Below are positions 12,833 through 26,169 of a stretch of 64,000 nt of DNA, piece after piece. The notes under the pieces were generated by a model that did no database searches, had not been told where the DNA came from, and saw only the letters and a program-made list of their open reading frames with translations. Made by a program: the position numbers and the translations under genes. How positions within the stretch are numbered: the stretch's first letter is position 1; the number at the start of each line of letters is the position of its first letter. This DNA comes from Sphyrna mokarran (taxonomy: Eukaryota), in the NCBI GenBank assembly GCA_024679065.1, contig JAGIQG010000024.1:31682001-31746000 (forward strand), in the 5' to 3' direction.

Positions 12833-13704
12833 TACAACATGACACTTATACGATATGGAACTTATAGCTCGAAGCAGACTATTTGATCCAATAATTTAAT
12901 GCCAGTGTTGATATTCCATCTCAGCCTCCTCCAACATTACTTGCATCTCATCCCAACAACATTTCAACGATAAGGTGAGGTGAAGAAAAGGTGTGTTTCT
13001 CACATACATTTATTTGAGAAATGATTTGCTATGGTTCTGACTTTGTAGATGTAAGGCTATTTCTTGTCAATGTGTTTATTAATAGCCTGCACTTCAGAGG
13101 CATGTTAAAATTGTGATACAATTTACATTCAATAATCATTCCCACATAGCTAACATAATTTTCTTTTTAAAAATTAATTGTTTTGCCATTCAGTGGCTGG
13201 AGAAGTGATTAAAGATTTTAGTTTTAATCATCGAACCATCCTTCTCAGTAAATGATTTGGGAGAGTTTTCTTGTACCTAATATTGTAGCAAATAATTGAG
13301 AATTGTGCTTCTTATTAGAGGGGCAATGACACATTTCACAGTCAACAGTTTTCAATTACAGTTTGATGAACTGAAACATAATTTAACTTGACGACAAAAT
13401 GGCATCCCTTAAAAAATTGAATTTCAGGACATTTAATGTGGAAAACAGATGAAGTCGAATACCAGCCCATTGCAGGAAATTAAAATGCTGTTTTTGCATT
13501 AACGTGTATGCAAAACTAAGCTTGCCATCAGCACTGCTGTCTGGGTTTGGAGTCAGATGAGTGACTGGAAGACAAACAACATTAAAAGATAAAAGGCACA
13601 AGAAACAACTCATGTTGTTTGGGCTCCAGACCACTGGCAAGGCAACTCCAGTCAAAAATAAAGTTTTTTTGCCCACATGGAAAGTTTTTTGAACGTTTGA
13701 GAGA

Positions 13705-13955
13705 GATGTACAGAGCTGGTTTTTCATGTAGAGAGTGATGGGTGCCAAGAGCATGCTACCAGAGAAGGTGGTGGTGGAAGCAGGCATACGAACAACATTT
13801 AAGAGGCCTCTGGGTGGGGACATGAATAGGGGGGGGAAAGAGAGGGATACAGACTGAATAAGGGCAGAAAGCTTTTAGTTTAGTTTATTTCAGGCACCAG
13901 GATCAGCATGGGCTTGGACGGCTGAAGGGCCAGCCCCTATGCCACATTTTGTTCT
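13705..13955 (+). mobile_element. CR1 3' end fragment
   Basis: agatgtacagagctggtttttcatgtagagagtg...gggcttggacggctgaagggcc. Confidence 0.65.
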
Positions 13956-13994
13956 CTGCATTCACAGTTCATGATGCATTCTCTTTCAGAGTGC

Positions 13995-14595
13995 GGAGAG
14001 CAAATACAGAATGCATGGTCACTTTTTTGAACACCTCCAGTCAGTCTGCAAATGTGACCCTGAAGTTCTGCTTACTTGCTGCTTTAATTTTTCAACGTAA
14101 ACCGTTCTGATCTTTCACGATCCTCAGCTCCATCAATTCTTCCAATAAAGCTTAAAGAACAGCGGGTGTTGATCTTTTGATTCGGTACTTCTATGTCCTT
14201 TCATGCTGACATTTGAGTTCAACACACATCCCACTTTCTCAGCCAAATGTAAAGGCAAAATGCAACAGATGCTGGAATCGAACAGGAAAACAGAAAATGC
14301 TGCAGAAACTCAGCAGGTCTGACAGCATCTGTGGAGACTATATCACTCTCTCAGACAGCGGGCATTGGTACTAGTTGTGCTGTAACCATTGCACCTTTTC
14401 TGGACACACATTCTTTCCTTGTCAATCACCATTCCATTTTACTTTATGATATGTTTCATCACTTAATGACTTCCATCTTCCACCTGATCACAAACATTCC
14501 CTTTTGTCTTTCTCCCCCTTTGCTTTTTCCTTGCCTCTGGACTGGGTTAAAAATAATTACATCTCTGACTTGAAAGATCATTAATCTGAAATACT
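13995..14595 (+). mobile_element. Decayed Penelope-like element: GIY-YIG C-terminal remnant plus family-B terminal repeat
   Basis: EHLQSVCKCDPEVL at ~14030 and tttgagttcaaca resemble the PLE endonuclease end; the inverted family-B arm lies at 14250-14340. Confidence 0.55.
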
Positions 14596-14748
14596 AGAGG
14601 AAAAGAGGAATTTGGAACTAACTTCTTTACAGTGTTAACGTAAGCCTTACTTGTGATTAATAAATAAACTTTAAACTTTTACAATGTGTCTCTGTGTCAG
14701 GCTGAGACAGAAAACCAGTGTGAAGTTTTCCAGCTCACCTCACACTTT

Positions 14749-14957
14749 GGCTGGAATTCTCCAGCCATTCACATTGGCAGGGTTCTCCAGTCCTGCCGGT
14801 AGTGCACTTCTGCCCATAGATTTCCTGCCAGTGTGCGGTAACATGAATGGGAATTCCCATTGATAGTGACAGGACCAGAGAATCCCGCCATTAGCAAACA
14901 ATGGGCCACCTCCTGTCGGCAGGAAATATGCAGGAGGGAGGCTGGAAAATCTCACCC
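14749..14957. mobile_element. MITE-like TIR element
   Basis: ggctggaattctccagccattcac ... ggctggaaaatctcaccc. Confidence 0.55.
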
Positions 14958-15797
14958 GTTTTCTTTCCAGGTTTTGATTTTTGTGCTTCAAAAGTGGGTG
15001 GCTGTGCTTTTCACCAGCGCTCTGGTGGAGGGGCCCCTCAGAGAGCTGACAAGACCTACTCCACAATGAAAAGAGGCCCCCAATCAGAACAAAAAGTAAC
15101 TCCCCAATCCCCCACCCCACTTCCATTGAGGTATTTGGGGCTCTCCCCCACCTTCACCAATCATTGCTGGCATTCCCTCCCCCCCTTCAGTTCCCCCACT
15201 CCCTCACCACCCCCATCACCCACCATCAACGACAAGGCTCCCACTAAGGCCCTTGCCTGGCACAGTCTGCTGTCACATGTTGGCACTGACCTGTGCCAGG
15301 GCAGTAACCAGCCACATCCCTCTCCCCTGGGGTGCACTACCAACATCTGCAGCCCCTGTTGGATCCCCTCAAACGTTTCTTCTTTGGGCAAACCTCTTGC
15401 GAAACTTCCCAATGTGACAGAATGTCGACAAGGTATTATTACTTAGGAGAGAGTAGTTGGGGGTCGATGGGCAAAGAGGATTATGTGGCCAGGGACCTGT
15501 TTATAATACTTAAACGTGTTACAATTTATTTAAAGAAGGTTCCCACTTCTTATAACATGAACATAATGATGTCACCAGTGAAGTGTAGGGAAAATCAGGA
15601 AATGTAATCTTTCCAAGAGATACTTCTCCCGGTTCTCACCGGATTTTGCGCCTGTACCAGCAATTCCTGGTGCACCGTGTGGGCTCAAAGTCTCTCCTAT
15701 TGGCTCGATTTCTCTCTCCATTGCTGTTCTTTGAACCCGATGAGTGTTTCTCACATTGTTTATTTGTTGTTTTCATGTCAGGTTTTGACACTCACCA

Positions 15798-15933
15798 GCT
15801 GGGATTTTCCAAACATTCACGCCCTGCCACTGCTGTGAGTGAAGACAGAGAATTTGGCGCTCAGCCATATCTCCGTTCACTGCAACGGGATCTGAAAATC
15901 CCCCACAAGTGTGAATGGTTGGAAAATCCCAGC
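15798..15933. mobile_element. MITE-like TIR element (136 bp)
   Basis: 23-bp TIRs with one mismatch: gctgggattttccaaacattcac / gtgaatggttggaaaatcccagc. Confidence 0.75.
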
Positions 15934-17161
15934 CAAGATAAGCTCAGCATGCCACAATTTTCCTGGAGTGGTAGGAGAGGGATTTTTATGGTGTCTGGAT
16001 ACCCTCAAACATGACACTAGTGAACTAGCAAGTTGCGGCCGTTACGTAGGCACTAGCCTTTGACTTTCTTGTTAACCCCAACAAGTTAACTCATCATTTT
16101 CCAGGGCTCTTCCATTTGCATTATCTTGCCCACCAAGGTGAGCAGGTTACCACATCAATAGTTTGACTATTTTTTAAGTTTATTTCTTTTTTTAACCACT
16201 GTTCTTGTAAATCTATTTTGCAAATTTGTAATATTAAATAAAGGACAAGCAGCCATCTTCAGGCAGGCACATAAATCTTAGAGACTGTTTAATATGCAAA
16301 TCAGATGGAAATGATATGGATGCTGAAAAGAACTCTATGTCATTGGTGTCAAAATCAAGGTCACAGTTTTGAACTTGCAATGCTGGAATTTTGCACAATG
16401 AATATTCATACAATAAATATTAGACCACTACTGTCCTTTCAAAGCTGTCTGTCCATGGTCCACAAGGCCAGAGTCACTGTTATTAGAGGTGTAGAGATTT
16501 CACAAGCCCAATCCATCCAGTTCATTAGCATCCAGAATTGAGTCGGAGCAAATTGAATAATGTCTGGACAAGGATGGAAGTTGGCCTTGTCCTTCCTCTT
16601 AGCACTCGCTTGACAGTGTAGGGTAAAACTCCCTGAAACTTGGGAAAGGCAATCAATCAGCAAGGCATTCCACATTATAGCATTACTGCGATGTGTCAAG
16701 AGACACAACCACTGCTAAGATGATTCCATAAAATTAAGAAACCATTTTCAGTTGGGTAAATATCCCAGAAAATCCCAGGAACTGGAGGACCACAGAAGAT
16801 TACAAAGAAAATGTCTGTTGTAAAAGCTACAGATCCTTCATTCAGTTGGTACTTGTGGATTGAAGGGAACAGTGGATATATTCTTTTCCAGATGATATCT
16901 TGGTTGGGATGTTCTGATTCCAATAGCATTGGGTGGGTTTGGCGACAGGACCCGAAATTATCGCGAGAAAGCCCAAGTTATGTTTCACCTGGTTTGCAAG
17001 ATTCCCGCGATTGTCTCCCTCCCCACTCCCATCAGTGGCAGGACCCATTTCCCACCATTCAATTCAATATCCCACCATTCAATATTTATTTGAATACATT
17101 AGCAATTCATTATCAGGCCCATACGCCGGAATCAAACCTTCTCCAAGCCTTGCCTCTCCAA

Positions 17162-17239
17162 GGGGGGGAGGGGAGAGAGAGAGGGTGGAGGCGGAGGCGG
17201 AGGTGGTGGGGGGGAGGGAGCGGGGTGGAGGGGAGTGGG
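17162..17239 (+). other. G-rich tract, potential G-quadruplex
   Basis: More than four G3+ runs separated by short purine-rich loops. Confidence 0.6.
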
Positions 17240-19109
17240 CAACCACCTTTTGACATCGGCAAACTGCCTCAGACATAAGGGATACCAGGATGGTAATACC
17301 TGCACTGTACCTGGCTGGGGAAAGACCAAAGGATAACTGGGGACAGTGAACCCCAGGATACTGGGAAAAAGCCCTGTGTACCATGGGCAGAAAACTGTCA
17401 AGTAGATCAATGTGCTTCACAACAGGGAAAGGAAGCCAGGGGTAGTTCAATGCATGGGTGAACAATCATCACAGACTGACGGTTCTACTCAAATTTAGAG
17501 GGTGCCGAGCGCCTGGAGGCAGGATGTTGACACAGGGAAGATGAATGGAAAACCATGTTAGTGATCATTATTACCCCATTGGACCTGAGACTGTTCAGCT
17601 ATAACTCAATTGACATGTTTGGAGTCTAATTACTCTTGCATTTATACCCATTCAAGCACCACTTATGCGTCTATTCACACAATGATGCCCACTCAAGAAA
17701 CACTTACATGTGTTCAGTGCCACTGGTTGCTGCACAGTAGTTAACCATTGGTGCTCGAACTTGCAAAATTGCTGACTGCTATGGTGTACATGCACCATAA
17801 GCCGAGTGGGAAAACATTCCCTCAATGAGTTGATAATGGCGCACTGCCTGAGGAGAGCACCCCTAATTCCTGGCCACATGCTGAAGTGCACATTGACAAG
17901 CGTTCCCTATTGACCACATTTAAGCAAGGCCTGGGGTGAACCTTGGGACAAGAGGGCATTCCTCTTAGTTGATTGGAGCGATACGATATGGAACTTGTGA
18001 CAGAGATATTTTGACAGTAAAGTGCTGCATTACTCAATGGGAAATGCTGCCATTGCCCTTCGTGGGTTCAATGCTGCTTCTCCTACTCACCATCAGCCTT
18101 TGTTGATTTACGTGAAAATCTTGCCCATATCCTCAGCAAAAACTGGGGACTTTTGTCTCGTCAGGAACCATGAATAACCTGATTTATAAGGCAACCTTTT
18201 TTTTAAAACATGAAGTGCTAAAACAGAGTGCGCACATCAACTTGAACAAATGCCATATCCATCTTGCTCTCAGAGTCCTCAATAACAGGAATAGTATTGA
18301 AGATGAACTGTGATTGATATACAGACATCATAAATTTCTGAATTCAGACCATTTGTGAATTTGGCAAGTAAATTCTAAGGGCAGTAGCAGGGTTGGTGCC
18401 TCCTGCCTGGGCGCTCCACTCACCTGAGATCCCCCTGGGAATTCTGCTTGCCATGTGCTTGCTTGAGAAGACCAGTCATGATTCACCAGCTATTCATGCG
18501 TTTTCTGACAGGGGAAGGGCTGAGTCAGGCACAGGGGCTTGATACTTGTAGTTTCATATGTTCAATTGATATTCCCAACATTGAAGTGAAGTTAAAAAGT
18601 GACTTTATAGTTCTAGGGATATATTTCACTCCGGTTGCTGAATCTGCCCTTCTTGATAAAGAACAAAAAATCCTGGCCGAAGTATCTGATTCTTGAACAG
18701 TGTTTATTAAAACCATATTCCCTAAGAAGACCAGCTGCAATGTATCAAGTAATTTTCTACATCCAGCCAATGCCAAGAGGCACAAAATTTCCATCTGTAT
18801 CCATGTGCACTGTCCATCCATCATGGTTTGAGGGTAGAACCAAAGCACTGAAGGTTTTTGTATAAACCTTTTGGGCCTGCATTGAAATTGTTTTATTTAT
18901 TAGTTTTCCCATGTGTTGGGAAGAGAAATATCAAGTGAAGTGTTCCTGTTAAGGCTTTTTTTCTTTTTGTAAGGTTTTTGATCAGGCACACATGGCGCCA
19001 GAGAGAGGTGATGTCTTACGAGCTCCCAGCATACCCTCTAATTCAGTATTTTATTCTCGTTCTATGCTCTTAAAACTGATCTCTAATTCTTTTAAACATT
19101 CTAATCATG

Positions 19110-19331
19110 CTCTTCCCTGTTGCCATCATTCTTTTGAATGGACCTACCATATATTAAAGTTTTTCTCTACATCCAAGCTATGACCGTAACATTATATTCT
19201 GCACTCTCTTCTTTCCTTCTCCCCCATGTGTTCTATCAATGGTATGTTCTATCTGTGTAGTGCACAAAAAGCATTTTTTTTTTTACTGTATCCCAATACA
19301 TGATAACAATAAATTAAGAAATCAAATCAAG
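19110..19331 (+). mobile_element. Rex1/Babar-like LINE 3' tail
   Basis: cttccctgttgccatc...tttgaatggacctacc...acaataaattaagaaatcaaatcaa matches the 3' end of 36115-37047. Confidence 0.75.
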
Positions 19332-19403
19332 TTCTACACATGCTGACTGCCCTCTCGCCCCTCAATGTTCTGGGATTAACAAGGAGACCTGCCAGACCAT
19401 TCC

Positions 19404-19652
19404 ACTAAGTAGTGTTACAACACTAGGTTAAAGTCAAACAGGTTTATTCGATAACAAAAGCCACTGGCTTTCGGACCTCTGACCCTTCATCAGATGAGTG
19501 GAGAGTTCTGATCACACTCCACTCACCTGACAAAAGATCAGAGGCCTGAAAGCTAGTGGTGTTTGCTACCAAATAAACTTGTTGGACTTTAACCTGGTAT
19601 TGTGAGACTTCTTCCTGTATTTATCCCAGTCCAACCCCAGCATCTCCACATC
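19404..19652. mobile_element. Penelope-derived fold-back insert family A, hammerhead-like cores on both arms
   Basis: Minus arm CTGATGA-agggtcagaggtcc-GAAAgc; plus arm ctgacaaaagatcagaggcctgaaagcta; tail cccagtccaaccccagcatctccacatc. Confidence 0.85.
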
Positions 19653-20247
19653 AAGATTATTCCAGGGCAGAGACTTTTAGAGGTATCTTAGTCAAACTTC
19701 ATCAATTGCATCAGTTCTGAGGCCAACTGTACTCTCCCTATTGCTGGTATAGGTATGTTGGCTAGACACTGATTTAGGATGGCACCTGGTTGGTTCTGGC
19801 TGGGCTACTTAGCAGGTAAACCTGTGCATCATCCAAATAAGACCCTCAACATGAAATGCACAACTTATACAAAGTTCAAGGATGTTACACAAGCCATTTG
19901 GATTCCAGTAGGAAGGTAGATTTTTTCTCTCTTTGCAGTGGCTCCCAGGACTGACACACTAAGTTTTCGAGTACTCTATTAAATGGAGAATCTTACAAAG
20001 ATAAGAGATCTTTTAAGGATTCAAAGATCTACAGTTAAAAAATGAACATTGCGTCACACAACATCAAATTTCCTTCTCATCACTATGATAGACCAAAAAT
20101 ATCTCTCAGATGCTCACAGTCCTTTGAGTTCAATTGCAAACATGGATCATTAAATATAAGGACACTTACTGGAATATGTTAGATTCATTTCCTACACACA
20201 TAAATGATAAAAGCAACAAAAATGTTAACACCAAACTCCTCCCTTTA

Positions 20248-20338
20248 TACTCACCTGATGAAGGAGAGCATTCCTAATGTTCATGATCCCAAATAAACCT
20301 GTTGGACTTTAATCTGGTGTTGTGAGATTTCTTACTGC
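20248..20338 (+). mobile_element. Penelope-derived single arm, family A
   Basis: ctcacctgatgaaggag...ccaaataaacctgttggactttaatctggtgttgtgagatttcttac. Confidence 0.8.
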
Positions 20339-20704
20339 TCCCTTTATACTAAGCAAGACCACAACTTTATCAATGCTGCTTCAAACAGCACTATATATAT
20401 TTCAGGAAATGTTCCAAAGGCACAACAGCAATTCTAAATTTGGAATGAAACAAATGAAAACAAAATCTTTATTTATTGATTTACAGATACTTAAAGGTAG
20501 AATGCATTCAGTAAATCACAAAAACGAACTGTAACAGTGATCTATATTAAATGGTTATAAAAACTAGTACATGCAAAGGCAACGTATCCTCATCAGAAAG
20601 AACAATGTTTGATGTCAGCATTTTCCAACTTGAAGCCCATATCTCAGAACTTCAAATGAGAAGCTTGAGTTTCCATACTGATTTGCACAACTGCACGATG
20701 GCGA

Positions 20705-20975
20705 CGTAGGAATTAGGAACAGAAGTAGATAAATTCAGCCCTTCGAACTTGCTCTGCTGATCTCTCCCTGTTCCCAAATCTACCTTCCCACCTGTTCCCC
20801 ATATCTGCTTATCTCTTTTTTTTAATTAGAAATCTGTCTATCTCCTTCTTGAGATCATTTAATGATTCAGGCTCCACCATGCTATGGGACAACGAGTTTC
20901 ACAAATTCACCACCCTCTGCGAGAAGTAGTTCCTCCTCACTTCAGTTTTAAATCTATCACCTCTCAGCCTACACC
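20705..20975 (-). mobile_element. CR1 3' fragment
   Basis: ORF 20899..21087 ends LRGDRFKTEVRRNYFSQRVVNL. Confidence 0.8.
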
Positions 20976-21499
20976 TTAAAACCTGGTGCGACTTCTTACA
21001 ATCCCAGGTGGCGTTATCACTGGATGGGAAGATCCCTGAATGGAACCCCGGCTCAAAAGACTGCAACTTCCACTTCTTTTTAAACATGGAGGAACAGAGT
21101 CACAGGAGTCTAATTAGCTTTAAAAACAGATGTTAAATCTGGAAAAATTGGATTATAATGGAATACTCCTTTACTCTGTCATTATCTTAAAAAATACATA
21201 GATTTTAAAGTTAAGATGGATTACAAAGTATATTTTAAGTTACAATTGCCACATTAACACAAATTCTCTTTAAGCACACAGATTGTCTGTCATCAAATAC
21301 ACACACAATTGTGAACACAAGTTTATATCTGTGAATTTCTCCTCCCCACTCCAGATGATTACTACATCAGTCCCGAAAAGGTACTTTAAAATCTCTTTCA
21401 CAATCATGATTTTCATTAACAGTTTACATTCTGAAATCCAAATACAGTTTCCTAAATAACTTTTAAACAAAGCTTCTGCTCGACTTTGAACAATGGAAG

Positions 21500-21880
21500 G
21501 GCCAGCACAATGACAGTGATTAACACTACTGCTTCACAGCATTGACACTAGTTCAAGTCTTGACCTTAGGTGACTGACTGTGTAGAGTTTGCACGTTCTC
21601 CCCGTGTCTCCATGGGCTCCCCCCACAAGCCAAAAATGTGCAGATTAAGTTGATTGTCTCTGATTTTTGAAGTCCTAACTGATGAGTGCTGCTATCCTCC
21701 CATCTTGTGCCAAATTGTCCCTTAGTGTCACAAGATGTGTAGGTTGGATGGATTAGTCGTGATAAATGTGTGGGTTTTGGGGATAGGACCTGAGTAAGAT
21801 AGTCTGTCAGACAGCTGGTGCAGACTCGGTGGGCTGAATAGCCTCTGTGGCCACAGTAGACATTCTATTCTATGATCTAT
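21500..21880 (+). mobile_element. V-SINE (HE1-like) with ~50-bp internal insert
   Basis: V-domain tttgcacgttctccccgtgtct; tail attctattctatgatctatga. Confidence 0.8.
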
Positions 21881-22046
21881 GAAAAAGAATGCCTATTAAT
21901 ACAGTGACCATACTGGTCATGATGAGTGAGTTGAGAGAGAAAGCCACTCAGTGGCTGCAGCTACAAAGTGATCAGACACACTTTGCCAGAATGATTTGAG
22001 TTTCAACAATTCTCAACTGGCTGCTGTTTTAAGTTTATCCCACTGT

Positions 22047-22540
22047 TTGATTTGATTTGATTTGATTTATTATTGTCACATGTATTAGGATGCAGTTAAA
22101 AATATTGTTTCTTGCACGCTACAGACAAAGAGAAGGAAAGGAGAGAGTGCAGAACATAGTGTTACGTCATAGCTGGGATGTAGAGAAAGATCAGCTTGAT
22201 GGAAGGTGGGTCCATTCAAAAGTGTGATGACAGCAGGAAAGAAGCTGTTCTTGAGTCAGTTGCTAAGTAACCTCAGACTTTTGTATTTTTTTTTACCTGA
22301 TAGAAGAAGGTGGAAGAGAGGGATGCATGGGGTCCTTGATTATGCTGGCTGCTTTTCCAACACAGTGGGAAGCGCGGACAGAGTCAACGGATGGGAGGCT
22401 GGTCTGAGTGATGGAACTGACTTTAATGCAGTCTTGGATACAGCAGGAGCCATACCAAGCTGTGATACAACCAGAAAGAATGCTTTCTATGGTGCATCTG
22501 TAAAAGTTGGAGAGTTATTGCGAAAATGTCAAATTTCCTG
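22047..22540 (-). mobile_element. Rex1/Babar-like LINE 3' portion
   Basis: Reverse complement encodes FYRCTIESILSGCITAWYG; (ATCAA)n tail seen as tttgatttgatttgattt. Confidence 0.8.
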
Positions 22541-22982
22541 TTGCTGAGAGTTGATCAATATGGAGAGTTAACAGCAACTGTGCAAATTCCACATGGCTGT
22601 CACTGCTTTTCATTCATGGAATGGGTGGGAGATTTGGGGGAAGGGGTTGTCATTGACAGTAAATGAACAATAACGACCATTTTGATAAGACAGAAATGTC
22701 CAAGGCTGTGATGGAATTTAAATTCTGCTGCCGGATACAGTTTATGGGAACATTCAAAAGAAAATGGGCAAAAAGTTCACATCATTGCTGGAAGTGTTTA
22801 ATCTGCTGGAAAGATATGGTGATTCATTTTATCTTCTGGTCTGTCTGACCACTGGAAATCTAGTTGAAATGAGGAACACATTGCAAGATATTGATTCCTC
22901 CAGTAATTATCTCATACATTGTTACAACTATTCCTTTCCAATAACATATACATTACACTTTTAAAAACGGGTGTTTATCAAT

Positions 22983-23870
22983 GGGCAGAATTTTTCAATT
23001 TTTTTTTCAAATCATTGGTCCTGGTGTGAAAACCCGGAGAGAATCCAATCTCCCTGTGATGGCCTGATTTTGAAATCAGGCCGATTTTGAATCGGGAACA
23101 TGTTTGATACCTCTGCCCTAGAGAAAGGGTGTAAACCTCAGTGTTCGATGCTTGGGGACTCAGCTCAGAAAGGGTTAAATTAGCACACTCAAACGTTGCA
23201 GGACTGACTAACTTGGCATAATTGCCTCCTCTAGTAAGGGAGAGGGAGTTTATTAGGCAACTTGCCTCTCCTTGCAGCAGATGTGATTCCTGTTAATCCA
23301 GTAATTTGTTGTCTCCTTCACCCTTAGATGGCACTCAACTTTAGATTGCACAAGTGCCTCACCTTGAGCAGCCAGCCACCCAGACTTTATTCCCTGATGG
23401 CCTGGTCTCCATAACCAGTGGTTTTGTTTTCCCTTTCCAGACAGCTCATGTCCTGAGGATGCACTTTGCAGCCTGAGGCTAAGGTTCATTCTGATTGCTC
23501 TCGTCCTCCACCCCATGCAAGGGCCTTTTATCCTCATGGAGTTGCTCAACATTACTGGTCAGAGTCCCTCACTCAGCCTATACAGCCTGGCATTTCATTG
23601 GGAACACACCCAACGGCCTCACTTCCGCCCCCTGTGCTGAAAGTGGGGGGTTGGGGGGAGTCCGGAAGAAGGGCTTGCTATGATATTGTAATGTCCTTAA
23701 ATGAGGTTCCAGATATACTGGGTGGGAATTTTGTTTCATCATCAGTGAGGGGCATGGAGAATCAGGAAAAGTGATCTCACTGGTGAGAATCATGTTTCGT
23801 GACTCCCTTGAGATTTTGCGCCTGCACTGCCATTTTCGCTGAAGACTAATGTGGGCTCAAAATTCTGCCC
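22983..23870. mobile_element. Non-autonomous DNA-transposon-like element
   Basis: Perfect 12-bp TIRs gggcagaatttt / aaaattctgccc; no coding content. Confidence 0.55.
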
Positions 23871-24439
23871 AACATTTTTGATTTCATTCTATGTAAAAGA
23901 ATTTTTTTTAAAAAATGTATTCCTTTCCTAGAGTTACAAAGCCAATCTGCAGAGCGGACGGGCAAACCCTTAATCCATCTCCTTGCTTGCTTCAAAAAGC
24001 CACTCAAATTTCATTCAATTCACGGCTCCCACCCAAGGACCATGCTAGGTCCAAGCTGACCAGAATGGGATTAGACTTGAACTCAAGCTTGATCTTAGCC
24101 AAAAGGCCAGGAAGTGATATTCAGGAGATGCAGACAAAGCAGTGACCACATATTTTCATTTATTATGAACAAGAAAGAAGTGTGGGAAAATCAAGACTTT
24201 ATGGTCAGAGACCCTCTTGCAATGTCAATGATTTTGAATATTGACTTCTGTCATTCACTAAAATGATGTCCGGAAGCCAAGTATATATTGCGGCAATTAA
24301 AAGTTACAATGAACTATGAATTATCCTTTCATATACATTTTAATTTGCTCAGAATAAGTTCAGGATGTTCTTCTGAGATTGCTGCTCTCGCTACCCTTTG
24401 CTAACTTGATACAAGTGGGTTAAATTATGTCTAAAAAAT

Positions 24440-24585
24440 TTTTAGAAATATGGGTATCACTGGCTAGGCCAGCATTTACTGCCTATTCTTAATTATTCGC
24501 TAATTGCCCTTGAGAATGGTGTGATGTGCTACCTTCTTGAACTCCTGCAGTCGACACAGAGTAGACACTTTCACATTGCTGTCAA
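24440..24585 (-). mobile_element. 3' end of the LINE that shares the SINE-B tail
   Basis: cactggctaggccagcatttactgcctatt...taattgcccttgagaatggtgtgatgtgctaccttcttgaactcctgcagtc. Confidence 0.6.
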
Positions 24586-25631
24586 ACAGTGTTAAGACAA
24601 CATATAGACAAAGCATTATGTAAACACAAGTCGCTGTTGTTACTGAATAAAATTACTGTAACTCTGAAGGCACCAAATATGGTTTGGTGAATTGAAGAAC
24701 TCTACCCCCTAATGATTCGACTTCTGCACGAATGATATCAATATGTAATTTCACCAGCTGATCAAACATGTATTGAACTGTGTAAAAAAAACTGTTTACA
24801 AAAGCGAGAAAAGACTCTGACTTGAGATAGCTGCCTGGGGTCACCTGATAACTGCTTTTGCAATTTGACAAGTTTCTGAAAAGTTGTAGACATGCCCATC
24901 CTCATAGAAGTTGACACCTGCTGATGTCAAGAACTACTTCAAAAAGATTTACTGGAAACTCTGCATTCCTAAAAGGCTCTCTCTCAAGTGGACTCAAAGG
25001 GCGTTTTTTTGGCTGTGCTCGCCCCAAATCCAACTGAAGTCAATGAACCTTTACATGTTCTGTGTCCCACCCGCTGTGGTGGGTAGGACGGGAAAAGTCC
25101 GCCCAAAGAATCTGTCAGGACAACAGCTCTATGGGAGGTTGTTCTTTCTATCTAAGCCAGATAAATAGCGAGTATTTAGGAACACAGAATCTGAACACCT
25201 CGATCCGGGAACTATAGCCATTGACTGTTTAGAAGTCAGCAATGCAAATTCTTCTGAAATTGTTAGGGGGAGAGAGGTCATGTGGCTGGAGTAACCATTC
25301 TTTGAAATCTCTGTTAATACAACATATAGGCTGCTGAAACAGGAGTCTGGAAAAACCTGTTAATGGGGCCCTAATATAGAATCAGAGAATTTATAGAATC
25401 AGTGCAGAAGGAAGCAATGGAGCCCATCAACCCTGCACTAACTCTAAAACAGAGCATCTTACCCCAAACTCATCTATCCCCCTGTCTTATCACAATAACC
25501 AGTAACTTTATTTATTGTCCCACAAATTGTCATTATCTATACATCTTGTAACACTCAGGAGTAATTTAGCATGGCCAGCTCACCAAATGTGTACATCCTT
25601 TCACCCTTTTCCTCCCTGTCAAATCAAGGCC

Positions 25632-25762
25632 CTGGCCAGAAGTTTCTTGCCTTGCTTGTGGCTTGGAGTATCTGGTCTCATTGCAGTGGACAGAGTTTGG
25701 ATTGAATGCCACATTCTCCATTCTCATTGGCAGCAGTGGTAGGAAACCAGAGAATTCCAGCC
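25632..25762. mobile_element. MITE-like TIR element
   Basis: ggccagaagtttcttg ... ccagagaattccagcc; internal motif as in 6724-6858. Confidence 0.55.
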
Positions 25763-26038
25763 ATTGTTCTGATTCCAGTTTAAAATCAGACATAGAAGTG
25801 GAGGTCGAAAGGAACACCATGTGCAAAAATAATGGAATGATTGGAAATGAGGGGTTACATTTTGAAAAGAGATTGCCTCTGGAAATTTTAGCTTGACATT
25901 GCGTTAAACTGATGAAATCTCAGGGTTATTACGTAGAGAAATCTGTTAGTTGAGTAATGAACCATCCATTTACTTATCTTGGCACTGAATTTTAATTGGT
26001 CTGAAAAAGTAACTACCTATTGTATTACTTGCAATTCT

Positions 26039-26169
26039 GCATGTTTATGTGCACGCTCATATACGTGTGCATATCCATGCATGTGTGCATAGGTGCATGC
26101 GCACAGTCGCGCATGTGTGCACACGTGCACAGTGTGTGTGTATATGTGTGTGCACGTGCACATGCATGT
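26039..26169. repeat. Alternating purine-pyrimidine (TG/CA/CG/TA) compound microsatellite
   Basis: gcatgtgtgcacacgtgcacagtgtgtgtgtatatgtgtgtgcacgtgcacatgcatgt. Confidence 0.85.

Noticed and set aside
14740-17465. Several 120-180-aa ORFs
   Set aside because: They arise from GC-rich, low-complexity transposon relics and G/C tracts; no domain motifs
17650-18040. Possible Harbinger transposase remnant (VNR...NVH...WPG on minus)
   Set aside because: Similarity too fragmentary to support without a profile search
21658-21710. ctgatgag inside a SINE insert as a hammerhead
   Set aside because: No stem II or GAAA follows
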